DNA from: Candidatus Omnitrophota bacterium
Lineage (GTDB): Bacteria > Omnitrophota > Omnitrophia > Omnitrophales > Aquincolibacteriaceae
NCBI GenBank assembly: GCA_016196545.1
Contig: JACPXM010000016.1
Coordinates: 13,266-77,265, forward strand
Direction of reading: 5' to 3'
DNA: 64,000 nucleotides
Shown here one piece after another: positions 16,349 through 26,494 of the stretch. Numbering within the stretch: the stretch's first letter is position 1; the number at the start of each line of letters is the position of its first letter. The notes below the pieces were generated by a model. That model was not told the origin of the DNA. It worked only from the letters and a program-made list of their open reading frames with translations, and did not search any database. Made by a program: the position numbers and the translations under genes.

Positions 16349-17194
16349 ATGAGAGTCTTCCGCTCCCTTTTTTATTTCGTCGTCTTTCAATTTATCGTCT
16401 CCTCGTTTTCTCCTTTGCGGGCCGCACGGGTCCTTTTCGATCATTCGACTTGGGATCAATTTTTGAAAAAATATGTCAATGAAAAGGGGGAGATGGATTT
16501 TAAATCCGCTAAGGCAGATCTCTCCTTGCTGGAAGACTACGAAAAGCAATTAGCCCATCTACCTTCTTCTGAGGAAGGAAATTCATGGCCGCGAGAAGAA
16601 ATGATCGCGATTTATTTGAACGCTTATCATGTGGGCGTTGTTCGGGGGATTTTAAGCGTTTACCCAGTTCCAAGCATTCAGCAAATTCCGGGATTTTGGG
16701 AGAATCACTTCATCCAAATCGTCGATGAATATTTAAGCCTCGATCAAATTCGTAGAGATCTTATCGCTACCGTCAAGGATGAGAAAATTCATTTGGCGCT
16801 TTGGACCGGCGCTAAAAGCTCTCCCCGATTGCGGCAAGAGGCCTTTACAGGACCTCAAGTGGAAGGCCAGCTTTTTTTAGCGGCACGAGAGTTTGTTAAG
16901 TCCCCGCAATTTGTTCAAATCGATCCCGCCAAGAATAAAATTATCTTATCCCGCATTTTCAAATGGTACGGCGAGGATTTTGAGCTTGATTTTGCAACGG
17001 TCGAGGATCAAGGAGAATTCACCCGGACCGAATTTGCCGTCCTTTCCTTTTTGGCCCATTATTTGGAGGAGGGTGAAAAAATTAATTTTCTGGAGGAAGG
17101 ACGTTATAAAATTAAATACAATGATTATGACTGGAGTTTAAACGAATGGATTCAAGAAAAAAGTCAAAACTCCGCATCGCCTGCCTCCAACTAA
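16349..17194 (+). CDS. DUF547 domain protein, secreted
   Basis: Signal-like N-terminus. Motifs YLNAYHVGVVRGIL and IHLALWTGAKSSPRL resemble the DUF547 pattern. Confidence 0.5.
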   Translation: MRVFRSLFYFVVFQFIVSSFSPLRAARVLFDHSTWDQFLKKYVNEKGEMDFKSAKADLSLLEDYEKQLAHLPSSEEGNSWPREEMIAIYLNAYHVGVVRGILSVYPVPSIQQIPGFWENHFIQIVDEYLSLDQIRRDLIATVKDEKIHLALWTGAKSSPRLRQEAFTGPQVEGQLFLAAREFVKSPQFVQIDPAKNKIILSRIFKWYGEDFELDFATVEDQGEFTRTEFAVLSFLAHYLEEGEKINFLEEGRYKIKYNDYDWSLNEWIQEKSQNSASPASN

Positions 17195-17973
17195 ACGCTG
17201 GAGAAAATCCAGCGGCCAACCTCCTCTCCGTCTCAAGACTCCTGAAAAAGGTCAAAGCGCATTCGCTGGATCTGGTTGCCCTGCCTGAGAATTTTCTTTC
17301 CCGTTGTTCAGCTTCCGAATTGCCAAACTTGGCGTACCCATGGCATGCTCGAGCCCTCGCCTATTTTTCTTCATGGGCCTCTCAGCATAAGACTTCGATT
17401 TTACTTGGAAGTTTGATTGAACCTGCTTCGAAGAAGGGAAAATATTTCAACACTTCTTATTTGATTTCGGCCCAGGGTAAGACAATGGCAAAGTATCGCA
17501 AAATTCATCTTTTTGACAGCAATGTTGGGGGGGCAAAGACTCGGGAATCTCGTCATATTTTAAGCGGTCATCAAGTGGTTATAGGTAAAGTCCGTGATGT
17601 TATCGTGGGGCTTACGGTTTGTTATGACCTCCGATTTCCTGAACTCTTTAGAAAACTCACCCTCAAAGGAGCTAAAATCATTTTTGTGCCTTCTAACTTC
17701 ACCTGGAAAACGGGAAAGGCCCATTGGGAAATTCTTTTAAGAGCCAGGGCCATTGAAAATCAAGTATTTATTGTGGCGCCCGCGCAGTATGGATGCCATC
17801 CTTCAAGTGGTATTCGAAGCTACGGAAACAGTCTGGTGATTGATCCTTGGGGCAAGGTTCTAGCACAGGGATCCCAGGATAAAGACGAATTATTGACACT
17901 CGATTTGGATATTCAATATCTGATGAAAATTCGAAAAGCCCTCCCATGCCTGGAACACCGAAAATTAGCCTAA
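17146..17973 (+). CDS. carbon-nitrogen hydrolase (nitrilase superfamily, omega-amidase-like)
   Basis: 275 aa. Motifs LRIACLQL, ALPENF, YRKIHLF and catalytic-Cys block LTVCYDLRFPELFR. Confidence 0.8.
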   Translation: MDSRKKSKLRIACLQLNAGENPAANLLSVSRLLKKVKAHSLDLVALPENFLSRCSASELPNLAYPWHARALAYFSSWASQHKTSILLGSLIEPASKKGKYFNTSYLISAQGKTMAKYRKIHLFDSNVGGAKTRESRHILSGHQVVIGKVRDVIVGLTVCYDLRFPELFRKLTLKGAKIIFVPSNFTWKTGKAHWEILLRARAIENQVFIVAPAQYGCHPSSGIRSYGNSLVIDPWGKVLAQGSQDKDELLTLDLDIQYLMKIRKALPCLEHRKLA

Positions 17974-18024
17974 TCTTATAACTTATGATGAGGAAACGCG
18001 TTATAACAATTGGATAAATAGCCA

Positions 18025-18053
18025 TTGACAGCCTATATTCTTTTGCTTATTAT
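18025..18053 (+). promoter_or_regulatory. sigma70-type promoter of rplU-rpmA
   Basis: TTGACA, 17-nt spacer, TATTAT. The -10 hexamer ends 23 nt upstream of the rplU ATG. Confidence 0.55.
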
Positions 18054-18076
18054 AACCCATTCTTTTAGAGGTACTT

Positions 18077-18403
18077 ATGTCATCCTATGCGATAATTGAG
18101 ACCGGATCGAAGCAATATCGAGTTGAGCCAAAGGCCATTCTTGAAGTGGAAAGACTCTCTCTTGGCGAGAATCCCTTAGAGGTTGCTTTAGAGAAAGTTT
18201 TGTTCATTCGCGAGGGAGAAAAGACCTGGGTCGGAACGCCTTATTTATCCGGTGCCCGCGTGCTTTGTGATTCTATGGGTGAGCTGCGGGCTCCCAAAGT
18301 TATTTCCTTAAAATACCGCCGGAGAAAAGCATCACGCCGTAAAAAAGGGCATCGTCAAACCCTTTTGAAGTTACGGGTCAAAGAAATCCAGCTACCCAAA
18401 TAG
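18077..18403 (+). CDS. rplU: 50S ribosomal protein L21
   Basis: Starts MSYAIIETGSKQYRV. 108 aa. Confidence 0.95.
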   Translation: MSSYAIIETGSKQYRVEPKAILEVERLSLGENPLEVALEKVLFIREGEKTWVGTPYLSGARVLCDSMGELRAPKVISLKYRRRKASRRKKGHRQTLLKLRVKEIQLPK

Positions 18404-18412
18404 GGATTTGTC

Positions 18413-18661
18413 ATGGCACATACCAAAAGTCAGGGAAGTACCACAAACGGTAGAGATTCAAATTCGAAACGGCTTGGAGTCAAAGCTTATGGAGGACAAT
18501 TTGTGACCGCCGGAAGCATTATTGTCAGGCAGCGTGGAAGCCGGTTTCGCCCCGGTTTTTATGTCGGTCGGGGTAATGATTTTACGTTGTTTGCCAAACG
18601 TGATGGCGTCGTGGAGTTTAAGCCCAATCGTACCGTTCATATTATTCCAGCACAATCATAA
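18413..18661 (+). CDS. rpmA: 50S ribosomal protein L27
   Basis: Starts [24 protein letters not shown]. 82 aa. Confidence 0.95.
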   Translation: MAHTKSQGSTTNGRDSNSKRLGVKAYGGQFVTAGSIIVRQRGSRFRPGFYVGRGNDFTLFAKRDGVVEFKPNRTVHIIPAQS

Positions 18662-18678
18662 TAGGATTTTTTTCAAAA

Positions 18679-18714
18679 GGTCTGATCTTGAATTTTCAAG
18701 ATCAGACCTTTTTT
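18679..18714 (+). terminator. rho-independent terminator/attenuator between rpmA and obg
   Basis: Perfect 13-bp stem GGTCTGATCTTGA/TCAAGATCAGACC with a 4-nt loop, followed by TTTTTT and preceded by AAAA. Confidence 0.8.
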
Positions 18715-18724
18715 CTTTTCACTC

Positions 18725-19699
18725 ATGATTGATCATATTCGATTAACCCTTCAAGCGGGACGCGGTGGAAAAGGTTCGGATAGTTTCATGAGCCGGACGG
18801 ACCGGAAGGTTGTGCCCTGGGGAGGCGATGGCGGATCGGGCGGAAATGTGATCTTTAGAGCGGACACAAACGCACCCCCGCTTTCCCATTTTCGCTACAA
18901 ACCAAGGCTTTCAGCCGAAGCCGGGGGTGCTGGGGGAAGCCATAAGAAAAGAGGAAAAAACGGAAAGGATTTAATCCTCGCCGTGCCCGTAGGGACAAAA
19001 ATTTTTGATTATGATAAAAAATATTTTATTCGACACCTAACGCAATCCGGCCAGGAAGTTACGGTACTCAAAGGGGGTCGGGGAGGATCCGGGAATTTCG
19101 GAGGGAAAAGAGCCTCAAATGGAGAGGCTGGAGAAAGTCTTGAAATCGAGCTGAGAATCCTGCTTCCAGCGGATGTTTTTTTAGTGGGATTGCCCAACTC
19201 TGGAAAATCGACTTTGTTGAATGTTTTGACGGGAAGCAAGATTAAAGTCGGAGAATATCCTTTTACAACCCGCTCGCCTGAATTAGGAGTCTATGCTTCG
19301 GATAATTTTAATGTTTTGACCCTTTGTGAACTTCCCTCCGTTTATGGCGCCTCCCACGAAGGACGGGGAATGGGGTCGGATTTTTTAAAACACTTGGAGG
19401 TGGCCAAGGCTGTCTTGTATGTGCTAGAGCCCGACTCGAAATTCGCAAAAAATTTAGTGGAAGGACTCAAAATTTTAAAGGACGAAATCGGCCGCTATGA
19501 TTCCAATTTTCTTAAAATTCCCGCCGCGGTCGTTATCACGAAAATGGACCTTTTGTCGGAAAATGAATTGCCCAAGCGGATTTCGAGCTTCCCTGACGGC
19601 CTCGTCTTCCCGATCTCTTCGTTTTCAGGCGAGGGGATGGAAAAATTAAAGGGGTTTTTAGATAAAATTACAAAGAGGGATTTATGCGCAAAGCCCTAA
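18725..19699 (+). CDS. obg: GTPase Obg
   Basis: Gly-rich Obg fold (GGKGSDSF, GGDGGSGGNVIF) and P-loop GLPNSGKST. Confidence 0.9.
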   Translation: MIDHIRLTLQAGRGGKGSDSFMSRTDRKVVPWGGDGGSGGNVIFRADTNAPPLSHFRYKPRLSAEAGGAGGSHKKRGKNGKDLILAVPVGTKIFDYDKKYFIRHLTQSGQEVTVLKGGRGGSGNFGGKRASNGEAGESLEIELRILLPADVFLVGLPNSGKSTLLNVLTGSKIKVGEYPFTTRSPELGVYASDNFNVLTLCELPSVYGASHEGRGMGSDFLKHLEVAKAVLYVLEPDSKFAKNLVEGLKILKDEIGRYDSNFLKIPAAVVITKMDLLSENELPKRISSFPDGLVFPISSFSGEGMEKLKGFLDKITKRDLCAKP

Positions 19700-20793
19700 A
19701 GGATTGCAAACGGATTGTCATTAAAGCGGGCACAAGTATTCTTACGGGAGCTGAGGGGAAAATTTCCCGGAAAAATTTTGAGCAATTAGGAGAACAAATC
19801 CTCAGCCTCAAAAAGCAGGGCCGTGAGATTGTCTTGGTAAGCTCAGGCGCCATTTCTTTTGGGATGCAGTCGGTCCTTTTAAAACGCCGTCCGCAGAAAA
19901 TTGCGAAATTGCAGGCCTGTGCGGCCATTGGACAAGGAAAATTGATGCATGCGTATGAAGAATTTTTTGGCCGCCAGGGAAATCCGACAGCCCAAATTCT
20001 CTTGACCCGCGATGGTCTTGAACAAAGGACGCGATTTTTGGCGGCGCGAAGGACATTTTTTGAACTTTTTCGCATGCATGTGATTCCCATCGTGAACGAA
20101 AATGACACGGTTTCAACCGAAGAAATTGCTTTCGGAGACAATGACATTTTATCCGTTCATGTGGCCCATTTAATCGAAGCCGACCTCTTGATTATTTTGT
20201 CGGATGTCGACGGGTTCTATCTTCGGGATGGGTCCCGAGTGCGTGAAGTCCACTCAGAAAAGGATATTGAAAATAATTTGATAGGGCATCTTTCGGATAA
20301 GCGGAGGGAAGTGACGGTCGGTGGAATGAAGGCGAAGTTGAGCGCGGCCCATGTCGCAATGCGATTGGGAGTCCCCCTGCTTTTGCTCAGCGGTCGCCAA
20401 GCGGGAGCCATTTTGAAGGCGCTCGAGGGGGAAGATTGTGGAACACTGTTTCGGGCTTCGGATGCCCCGGGCGCCCGAAAAAAATGGATCGCTTTTTCCG
20501 CCGCAAGAAAGGGTGCCCTTGTCATCGATGAGGGAGCCTATGAAGCGCTTTGTCATAAAAAAGTCAGTCTTTTGCCAAGCGGCATTACAAAAGTAAGCGG
20601 CAATTTTGAAAAAGGAGATGTGGTTGAAATTCAAAATCGCAAAGGAACCGTTGTTGGGCGCGGAGTGGTACGTTACCCGGCAAAGGCCCTTATGAAAATT
20701 ACGGGCAAGAAAACCCATGAAATTGAAGCGCTTTTGGGGTATAAGCATCACGATGAGGTCATTCATCGTAACGACTTAGTGCTTTGGGGATAA
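19684..20793 (+). CDS. proB: glutamate 5-kinase
   Basis: 369 aa. Motifs IVIKAGTSILT, VSSGAISFG, NENDTVS, and a C-terminal PUA-like segment. Confidence 0.92.
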   Translation: MRKALKDCKRIVIKAGTSILTGAEGKISRKNFEQLGEQILSLKKQGREIVLVSSGAISFGMQSVLLKRRPQKIAKLQACAAIGQGKLMHAYEEFFGRQGNPTAQILLTRDGLEQRTRFLAARRTFFELFRMHVIPIVNENDTVSTEEIAFGDNDILSVHVAHLIEADLLIILSDVDGFYLRDGSRVREVHSEKDIENNLIGHLSDKRREVTVGGMKAKLSAAHVAMRLGVPLLLLSGRQAGAILKALEGEDCGTLFRASDAPGARKKWIAFSAARKGALVIDEGAYEALCHKKVSLLPSGITKVSGNFEKGDVVEIQNRKGTVVGRGVVRYPAKALMKITGKKTHEIEALLGYKHHDEVIHRNDLVLWG

Positions 20794-20805
20794 TTGAGGA
20801 AGGAA

Positions 20806-22074
20806 ATGAAAAAAGCAGGCCTTTGGAAAAAACCCGTTGATTTCATGCTCGCGGAGGCGAAAAACGCATTTTGTATTGCGGCTCAATTTTCTTCCGGGCT
20901 TAAGCAGAAAATGCTTCGCGATGCCTCTCGCGAAATTGTGAAGCAATCGTCCTTTCTCATTCATGAAAATCAAAAGGATATTCGCTTCGCCCAAAAAGAG
21001 GGTCTTACGGATGCGATAATCGATCGGCTGACGCTCACACAAGACCGAATCCGCGATATGGCAAGGGGAGTCGAAGAAGTCTCGAAACTGCCTGATCCCA
21101 TTGGCTGCGTGTTGGCCAAGTGGAAACGACCCAACGGCCTCATGATTTCAAAAGTAAGTGTTCCCCTCGGAGTGATTCTGATTATTTATGAGTCCCGTCC
21201 CAATGTGACCGTTGAATGTGCAGCCCTTTGTATCAAAAGTGGAAACGCGGTCATTTTGCGGGGGGGCCGAGAGGCCTTTCATTCCAATCAGGCATTGATT
21301 CGGGTCTTTAAAAAAGTACTGGCCCGACATCGGGCACCCCTTGGATTTGTCAATATAGTTCCTACCACAGACCGTCACGCGGTGGATTATTTGCTGCACC
21401 GCAACCAAGATATTCAACTGGTCATTCCGCGAGGCGGAGAGTCCTTGATTCGAAAGGTGGCCCACATTTCCAAAATCCCGGTGATCAAACATTTTCAGGG
21501 CATCTGCCATGTTTATGTGGATAAAAAGGCAGATCTAAAAAAAGCTGTTGCCATTGCCCATAATGCAAAACTTCAAAGACCTGGCGTTTGCAATGCCATG
21601 GAAACACTCTTGGTTCATCGGGACATTGCCTCCCGATTCCTTCCTGCGATAGGGAACCGGTTGCGTAGGGACGGTTGCGAAATCCGGGGCGATCAAACGA
21701 CCTTAAAATATCTGCCTTGGGCGCGGCTGGCAAAGTCGGGGGATTTTGGCCATGAGTTTTTGGATAAAATTCTTGCAGTTAAAGTCGTTCAAACACTTGA
21801 AGATGCTCTCCAGCATATCCGCACTTATGGCTCAGCTCATACCGATGCAATCGTAACGGAGGATCACAGGACGGCCAAAATTTTTTGCGGGCGAGTTGAT
21901 TCATCTTCCGTCATGGTGAATGCCTCCACCCGATTTTCTGATGGTTTTCAGTATGGATTTGGGGCTGAGATTGGAATTTCTACGGATAAAATTCATGCCC
22001 GTGGTCCCATGGGCCTTGAAGGATTAACCTCTTATAAATATATTGTTGAAGGCAGCGGGCAAGTTCGAATTTAA
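20806..22074 (+). CDS. proA: glutamate-5-semialdehyde dehydrogenase
   Basis: Motifs YESRPNVT, LRGGREA and CNAMETLLVH. ATG 20806 with SD GAGGAAGG is preferred over TTG 20794. Confidence 0.92.
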   Translation: MKKAGLWKKPVDFMLAEAKNAFCIAAQFSSGLKQKMLRDASREIVKQSSFLIHENQKDIRFAQKEGLTDAIIDRLTLTQDRIRDMARGVEEVSKLPDPIGCVLAKWKRPNGLMISKVSVPLGVILIIYESRPNVTVECAALCIKSGNAVILRGGREAFHSNQALIRVFKKVLARHRAPLGFVNIVPTTDRHAVDYLLHRNQDIQLVIPRGGESLIRKVAHISKIPVIKHFQGICHVYVDKKADLKKAVAIAHNAKLQRPGVCNAMETLLVHRDIASRFLPAIGNRLRRDGCEIRGDQTTLKYLPWARLAKSGDFGHEFLDKILAVKVVQTLEDALQHIRTYGSAHTDAIVTEDHRTAKIFCGRVDSSSVMVNASTRFSDGFQYGFGAEIGISTDKIHARGPMGLEGLTSYKYIVEGSGQVRI

Positions 22075-22090
22075 AAGCCCGGAATACATT

Positions 22091-22678
22091 ATGAATATTG
22101 GAATCCTGGGGGGGAGTTTCGACCCCATTCACATGGGTCATATCAAACTTGCCGGGGTGGCCAAGGAGCAGTTCTCACTGGATAAAATCCTTTTTATCCC
22201 GGCCTTTATCCCTCCTCACAAGTCCTCGCGCCGCGACCTCACGGCCGCTCCCTATCGTTATCGTATGGTCGAGCTCGCCATAAAAAATTTTCCGGGATAT
22301 GAAATTTCTCATGTGGAATTGGATCGTCCTGACATTTCATATACCGTGGATACTTTGAGCACTTTGAAACATCAATCCTCACCGAGGGACATTTATTATT
22401 TAATTCTGGGGGCGGATTCTCTCGAAGAACTTCCTCAATGGAAGAATCCCGAGGCTATTTTAAAAATGGCAACTTTGCTCGTGGCTCCGCGGCCGGGCTC
22501 AAACAAAAACCCTTATCCGGAACATACCCAATGGATTCAAATGCCCTTTTGTCTCATTTCATCCAGTGAAGTCCGGAAAGTGTTTGAGAGGGGAGAGAAA
22601 GTGCCGCAGGGTTTTTTGAATCCTGAAGTTGAAAATTATATCCGGCGCATGGGACTTTATCGGAAGGACTATTCATGA
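22091..22678 (+). CDS. nadD: nicotinate-nucleotide adenylyltransferase
   Basis: Starts MNIGILGGSFDPIHMGH, with ISSSEVR near the C-terminus. ATG 22091 is preferred over the track start 22043. Confidence 0.9.
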   Translation: MNIGILGGSFDPIHMGHIKLAGVAKEQFSLDKILFIPAFIPPHKSSRRDLTAAPYRYRMVELAIKNFPGYEISHVELDRPDISYTVDTLSTLKHQSSPRDIYYLILGADSLEELPQWKNPEAILKMATLLVAPRPGSNKNPYPEHTQWIQMPFCLISSSEVRKVFERGEKVPQGFLNPEVENYIRRMGLYRKDYS

Positions 22679-23910
22679 CGCTTATCGTCCCTTTTTTCGG
22701 AGTCTTGCTCTTATTGGGTTTGTCAGCCTTTTTTTCTGCCAGCGAGACCGCTCTTTTTTCCCTCACGCGAATGGAAAAAAGACGGCTTGAAGAAAGGCAT
22801 CCGATCGCTTCGATTTGGATTTCAAAACACCTTGAAAATCCCCGCCGCACTTTGATTAGCATTATCATTGGAAATTTGGTCGTGAATACGCTTGCCTCTG
22901 CGATGGTGACGCTTACCGCCTTAAATTTATGGGGAACTCAATATCTTGGGCTCGCGGTTTTAGGTTTTACTCTCGCCCTTATTTTTTTTGGGGACATCGT
23001 GCCGAAGGTGCTTGCCATTCGATCCAAAGAGGGGGTGGTCCTTTTCGCCGCCTTTCCCTTGCAGGTTGCAGCGATTCTATTATTTCCTTTTAGAAAATTA
23101 ACCCACTGGATTTCCGATGCCTTGTTGGGATTTATTGTAGGCGACAAAAAGGAACATCCCGTAGATGCCATTTCACAAGATGAATTGCACGCCCTCGTTA
23201 AAATCGGAGAGGAAGAGGGGATTTTAGACCGCCAGGAGCGGCATATGCTGCAGAAACTTTTTGAGCTAGGAAAGCATCCCGTCAAAGACATTATGACGCC
23301 CCGCATCGATGTTGCTGGTCTTGACATTGACGCGCCTCGGGATGAGCAAGAAACACTTATTCAAAAATATCATCACCATTATTTCCCTGTTTACCGGGAT
23401 TCTTTGGATCATGTTCTTGGCGTGGTTTCCGTTCAAGAATATGTCCTTTATCCTGACCAGTCCCTTTCTGATTTGATCGACCAGCCCCTTTATGTCCCCA
23501 GCACGAAGCGTATTGATGATTTGCTTTCTGAGTTCCGCGAAAAGAAAAAATCATTCGCGGTATGCGTCGATGAATACGGCGGAATGGCAGGCATTGTCAC
23601 CCAAGAAGATGTTTTGGAAGAGATTTTTGGGGAATTTTATGATGAGTATTCCAAAGTTGAAAATCCCATCCGACCCACAGGTCCCCAGGAATATCTGGTG
23701 GAAGCCAAAATTCCGTTGAAGGAATTTAATGAATATTTCTCACTTCATCTGGAAAGCCCTGATGCCAGCACGCTCGGGGGTTTTATCCTAGAAAAACTGG
23801 GCGAGGTTCCAACCGTCGGAAAAATGATTAAGGCCGAAAAATGCGAAATCAAAATCCAAGACATGATTCGCCAAAGAATTAAAATGGTGATTGTGAGGTT
23901 AAGGCCATGA
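22675..23910 (+). CDS. hemolysin-family/CNNM protein (DUF21 + CBS pair + CorC_HlyC)
   Basis: 411 aa: 4 N-terminal TM segments, a CBS pair, and a C-terminal transporter-associated domain. Confidence 0.8.
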   Translation: MTLIVPFFGVLLLLGLSAFFSASETALFSLTRMEKRRLEERHPIASIWISKHLENPRRTLISIIIGNLVVNTLASAMVTLTALNLWGTQYLGLAVLGFTLALIFFGDIVPKVLAIRSKEGVVLFAAFPLQVAAILLFPFRKLTHWISDALLGFIVGDKKEHPVDAISQDELHALVKIGEEEGILDRQERHMLQKLFELGKHPVKDIMTPRIDVAGLDIDAPRDEQETLIQKYHHHYFPVYRDSLDHVLGVVSVQEYVLYPDQSLSDLIDQPLYVPSTKRIDDLLSEFREKKKSFAVCVDEYGGMAGIVTQEDVLEEIFGEFYDEYSKVENPIRPTGPQEYLVEAKIPLKEFNEYFSLHLESPDASTLGGFILEKLGEVPTVGKMIKAEKCEIKIQDMIRQRIKMVIVRLRP

Positions 23911-24848
23911 TATCCCTTGCCGTAGGCTTTTTCTTCTGCTTGATCCTCTCCATTTTTTTTTCCATCTCAGAAATGGCCTTCGTTTCACTGAATAAGGCGA
24001 AGATCAAAGAAATGGCAGACAAGGGTTCCTTGGCGGCTGAACATATCCTTTGGCTCCAGCATCGGCCGGATTATTTTTTAACGCTGATTCTTATCGGCAA
24101 TAACATTGTGAACGCGGTTGCGACCTCGATTGTCACCTACCTGCTGCAAGTTCTTTTCGGGCTCGATAGTGAATGGGTCATCACCGCGATTATGGCGCCC
24201 CTTTTGATTGTTTTATGCGAAGTGGTCCCTAAGAATTATGGAAGGCTTAGGGCGCACCCTTTTATGTTTCGATTTTCAGGAATCCTGGAACTTCTGATGC
24301 GCATTTTTGAATGGCCCATTAAAGTCTGTCTCAAAGTGGTAGATGCCCTGGTGGGGGAGGCTTCGCATGGACATAAAAGTATTTTTGTGTCAGAAGATGA
24401 GTTTCGCTCGCTCATTGAGGAGAGTGCGAAGACGGGGGTGCTTGAGCCGCATGAAAAGAAAATGATTGATACGATTCTTGATTTTGAAAGGATTCGCCTC
24501 GATGCCGTCATGACCCCTTTTGAGAAAGTCGCGAAAGTAGAAATCCAGGCCAGCGTAAAGGATGCCCGTGCGATGGCTCGTAAAACCAAAGCTCGATTCC
24601 TTTTGGTTTATGAGGAAATTCCCACACTCATTATCGGAAGCGTTTACACCTATGATTTGCTGTTTGAGGCAGACGAAAAAAAGAAACTCAAAGAATTTTT
24701 AAGGTCTCCTGTTTTTCTTTCTGCCAACACTTCTATCGAAAAAGCCTTTTTGACCCTCAAACACAAAAGACAGTCATTCGCCGTCGTGACGGATCCGGCA
24801 GGGGAGGCTGTGGGAGTCACTCCCATTGAGAATTTACTTGTCCTTTAA
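23907..24848 (+). CDS. DUF21 + CBS-pair membrane protein (no CorC_HlyC domain)
   Basis: 313 aa. Same architecture as the upstream paralog but truncated after the CBS pair. ATGA overlap with the upstream gene. Confidence 0.75.
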   Translation: MISLAVGFFFCLILSIFFSISEMAFVSLNKAKIKEMADKGSLAAEHILWLQHRPDYFLTLILIGNNIVNAVATSIVTYLLQVLFGLDSEWVITAIMAPLLIVLCEVVPKNYGRLRAHPFMFRFSGILELLMRIFEWPIKVCLKVVDALVGEASHGHKSIFVSEDEFRSLIEESAKTGVLEPHEKKMIDTILDFERIRLDAVMTPFEKVAKVEIQASVKDARAMARKTKARFLLVYEEIPTLIIGSVYTYDLLFEADEKKKLKEFLRSPVFLSANTSIEKAFLTLKHKRQSFAVVTDPAGEAVGVTPIENLLVL

Positions 24849-25323
24849 ACTCGGGTTGGTCCTGACGGGTGTGAGTCTGTTTTGTTTTATTTCTCCTGTC
24901 TCCTATGCCCTCTATTCGGACGAATTGGGAGCAGTTAAGGTGGAGGAATTGAGTCCGGCAGTCCATGCCGCCTTGTCCTCTTACGGGCTAAAGAAAGCCG
25001 ACTTTGACAGGGGTGTGTTTGAAACCCGCTGGATTAAAGACAAGGTCTCGCGTTCGAAGGGCTTGTTTAAATCGATGACCTCTGAGGTTTATGAACGACG
25101 TTATCGGCTGAAGGTAGAGCTCCTGCCCGAGCCTTATGCAACAAAGGTCGAAGTTCGGGCCCTTTTTCAATACCGTCCGGATGCCAGCCGTCCTACGGTT
25201 TCTTGGCGGACAGACAGGCCGATGGCCTCGGAGCTTGAGCTGGAGCGACAATGTTTCATGAAAATTTTAAATCATTTGGCTGAGATAAAGAAAAAGACAG
25301 AATCCGCCAAGGTCTTACCTTAA
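24826..25323 (+). CDS. secreted protein of unknown function
   Basis: 165-aa ORF with a TTG start and signal-like segment KLGLVLTGVSLFCFISPVSYA. No family recognised. Confidence 0.4.
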   Translation: MRIYLSFKLGLVLTGVSLFCFISPVSYALYSDELGAVKVEELSPAVHAALSSYGLKKADFDRGVFETRWIKDKVSRSKGLFKSMTSEVYERRYRLKVELLPEPYATKVEVRALFQYRPDASRPTVSWRTDRPMASELELERQCFMKILNHLAEIKKKTESAKVLP

Positions 25324-25393
25324 AGTCTTAGAAAGTTAGGCCGTTAATCAATAGCTGAAAAGCGTCACTTTCCTCAATGGAGGGGGACTGAGT

Positions 25394-26494
25394 TTGCGGG
25401 TCATTGCGGTAGCCAATCAAAAAGGTGGATGTGGTAAAACCACGACAAGTATTAATCTCTCAGCGGGCCTCGCTCTCCTCAGTAAAAAAATACTTTTAAT
25501 AGATTTAGACCCGCAAGGACATTCCACCTGCGGCTTAGGTGCCAGTCAAGAAAGCTCCCCTCTTTCAATCGCCGAACTTTTTCATCGCAACCCTTCTCGC
25601 CGGGCAAAACTTTTTGACATGATAGGCGAAGTCGAGTCTTCCTTTTACCTCATTCCCGGCTATGGAGAACTCGCGGCGATTGAAGAAGACAGCTTCCTAT
25701 TGGAAAACAGAGAAAAAATCCTTCGTTTGGGTCTTGAGCTTCTGGTTCAAGAAATGCCGGATTTGGATTACGTCATTCTCGATTGTCCGCCCAATCTTGG
25801 GCTGCTAACCCTTAATGCACTCCATGCCGCCGATGAAATTATCATTCCGGTGGAGCCCTCATTTTTTTCGCTTCATGGTCTGGCTAAAATTTCTGAAACT
25901 CTGAACTCCCTGATGGAAAACAGGGACTGCAAAATTCGAATTCACGCCCTTCTGACGATTTTTGATTCACGGACGTGTTTTTCCAGGGAAGTCTTTGAGG
26001 AAGTCCGGAAATATTTTAAAAACCGTTTGTTCAAGACCATTATTCATGAGTGCGTGACGCTGAAGGAAGCTGCCAGTGCGGGACAAAGTATTTTTAAGCA
26101 CGATCGTAATTCTCTGGGATATCAAGATTATTACAATTTGGCTGTGGAATTTCTCGAACGGCAGTGGGAATACAAACTCCCCGAAGGCAAGTTCGGGTGG
26201 GATCAGACGGTGGCCACCTATTTTGGACCGCGGCGGGTCAGCGGGGGCATCTTATTTCAGACGATGAGCAAAACAGCGCGCAGTGTGGAAATTGCGGGAG
26301 ATTTTAATCGATGGATTCCCGAGCCGCTTGTTCGACGCGATGAAAATGGGCTTTGGCAAAAAGTCCTTATGATGCCTCCTGGAGACTATCGTTATAAATT
26401 TATTGTGGATGGGGAATGGCAGATTGATCCCTTTCAGCCGATTCAGCAAATGAATTCTTTCGGAACCTTGGATTCCTTGGTAAAAGTACAATAA
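25394..26494 (+). CDS. ParA/Soj-type deviant-Walker-A ATPase fused to a C-terminal AMPK-beta/CBM48-like glycogen-binding domain
   Basis: N-terminus VIAVANQKGGCGKTTTSINLS .. LLIDLDPQG .. VILDCPPNLG. C-terminus VEIAGDFNRWIPEPLVRRDENGLWQKVLMMPPGDYRYKFIVDGEWQIDP. TTG start with SD GGAGGGGG. Confidence 0.8.
   Translation: MRVIAVANQKGGCGKTTTSINLSAGLALLSKKILLIDLDPQGHSTCGLGASQESSPLSIAELFHRNPSRRAKLFDMIGEVESSFYLIPGYGELAAIEEDSFLLENREKILRLGLELLVQEMPDLDYVILDCPPNLGLLTLNALHAADEIIIPVEPSFFSLHGLAKISETLNSLMENRDCKIRIHALLTIFDSRTCFSREVFEEVRKYFKNRLFKTIIHECVTLKEAASAGQSIFKHDRNSLGYQDYYNLAVEFLERQWEYKLPEGKFGWDQTVATYFGPRRVSGGILFQTMSKTARSVEIAGDFNRWIPEPLVRRDENGLWQKVLMMPPGDYRYKFIVDGEWQIDPFQPIQQMNSFGTLDSLVKVQ

Noticed and set aside
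17976-18056. Three TTATAAC copies upstream of rplU as a regulatory repeat or L21 leader
   Set aside because: The spacing is irregular (25 and 49 nt). One copy is simply part of the -10 region. The 23-nt leader is too short for a structured L21-type leader.
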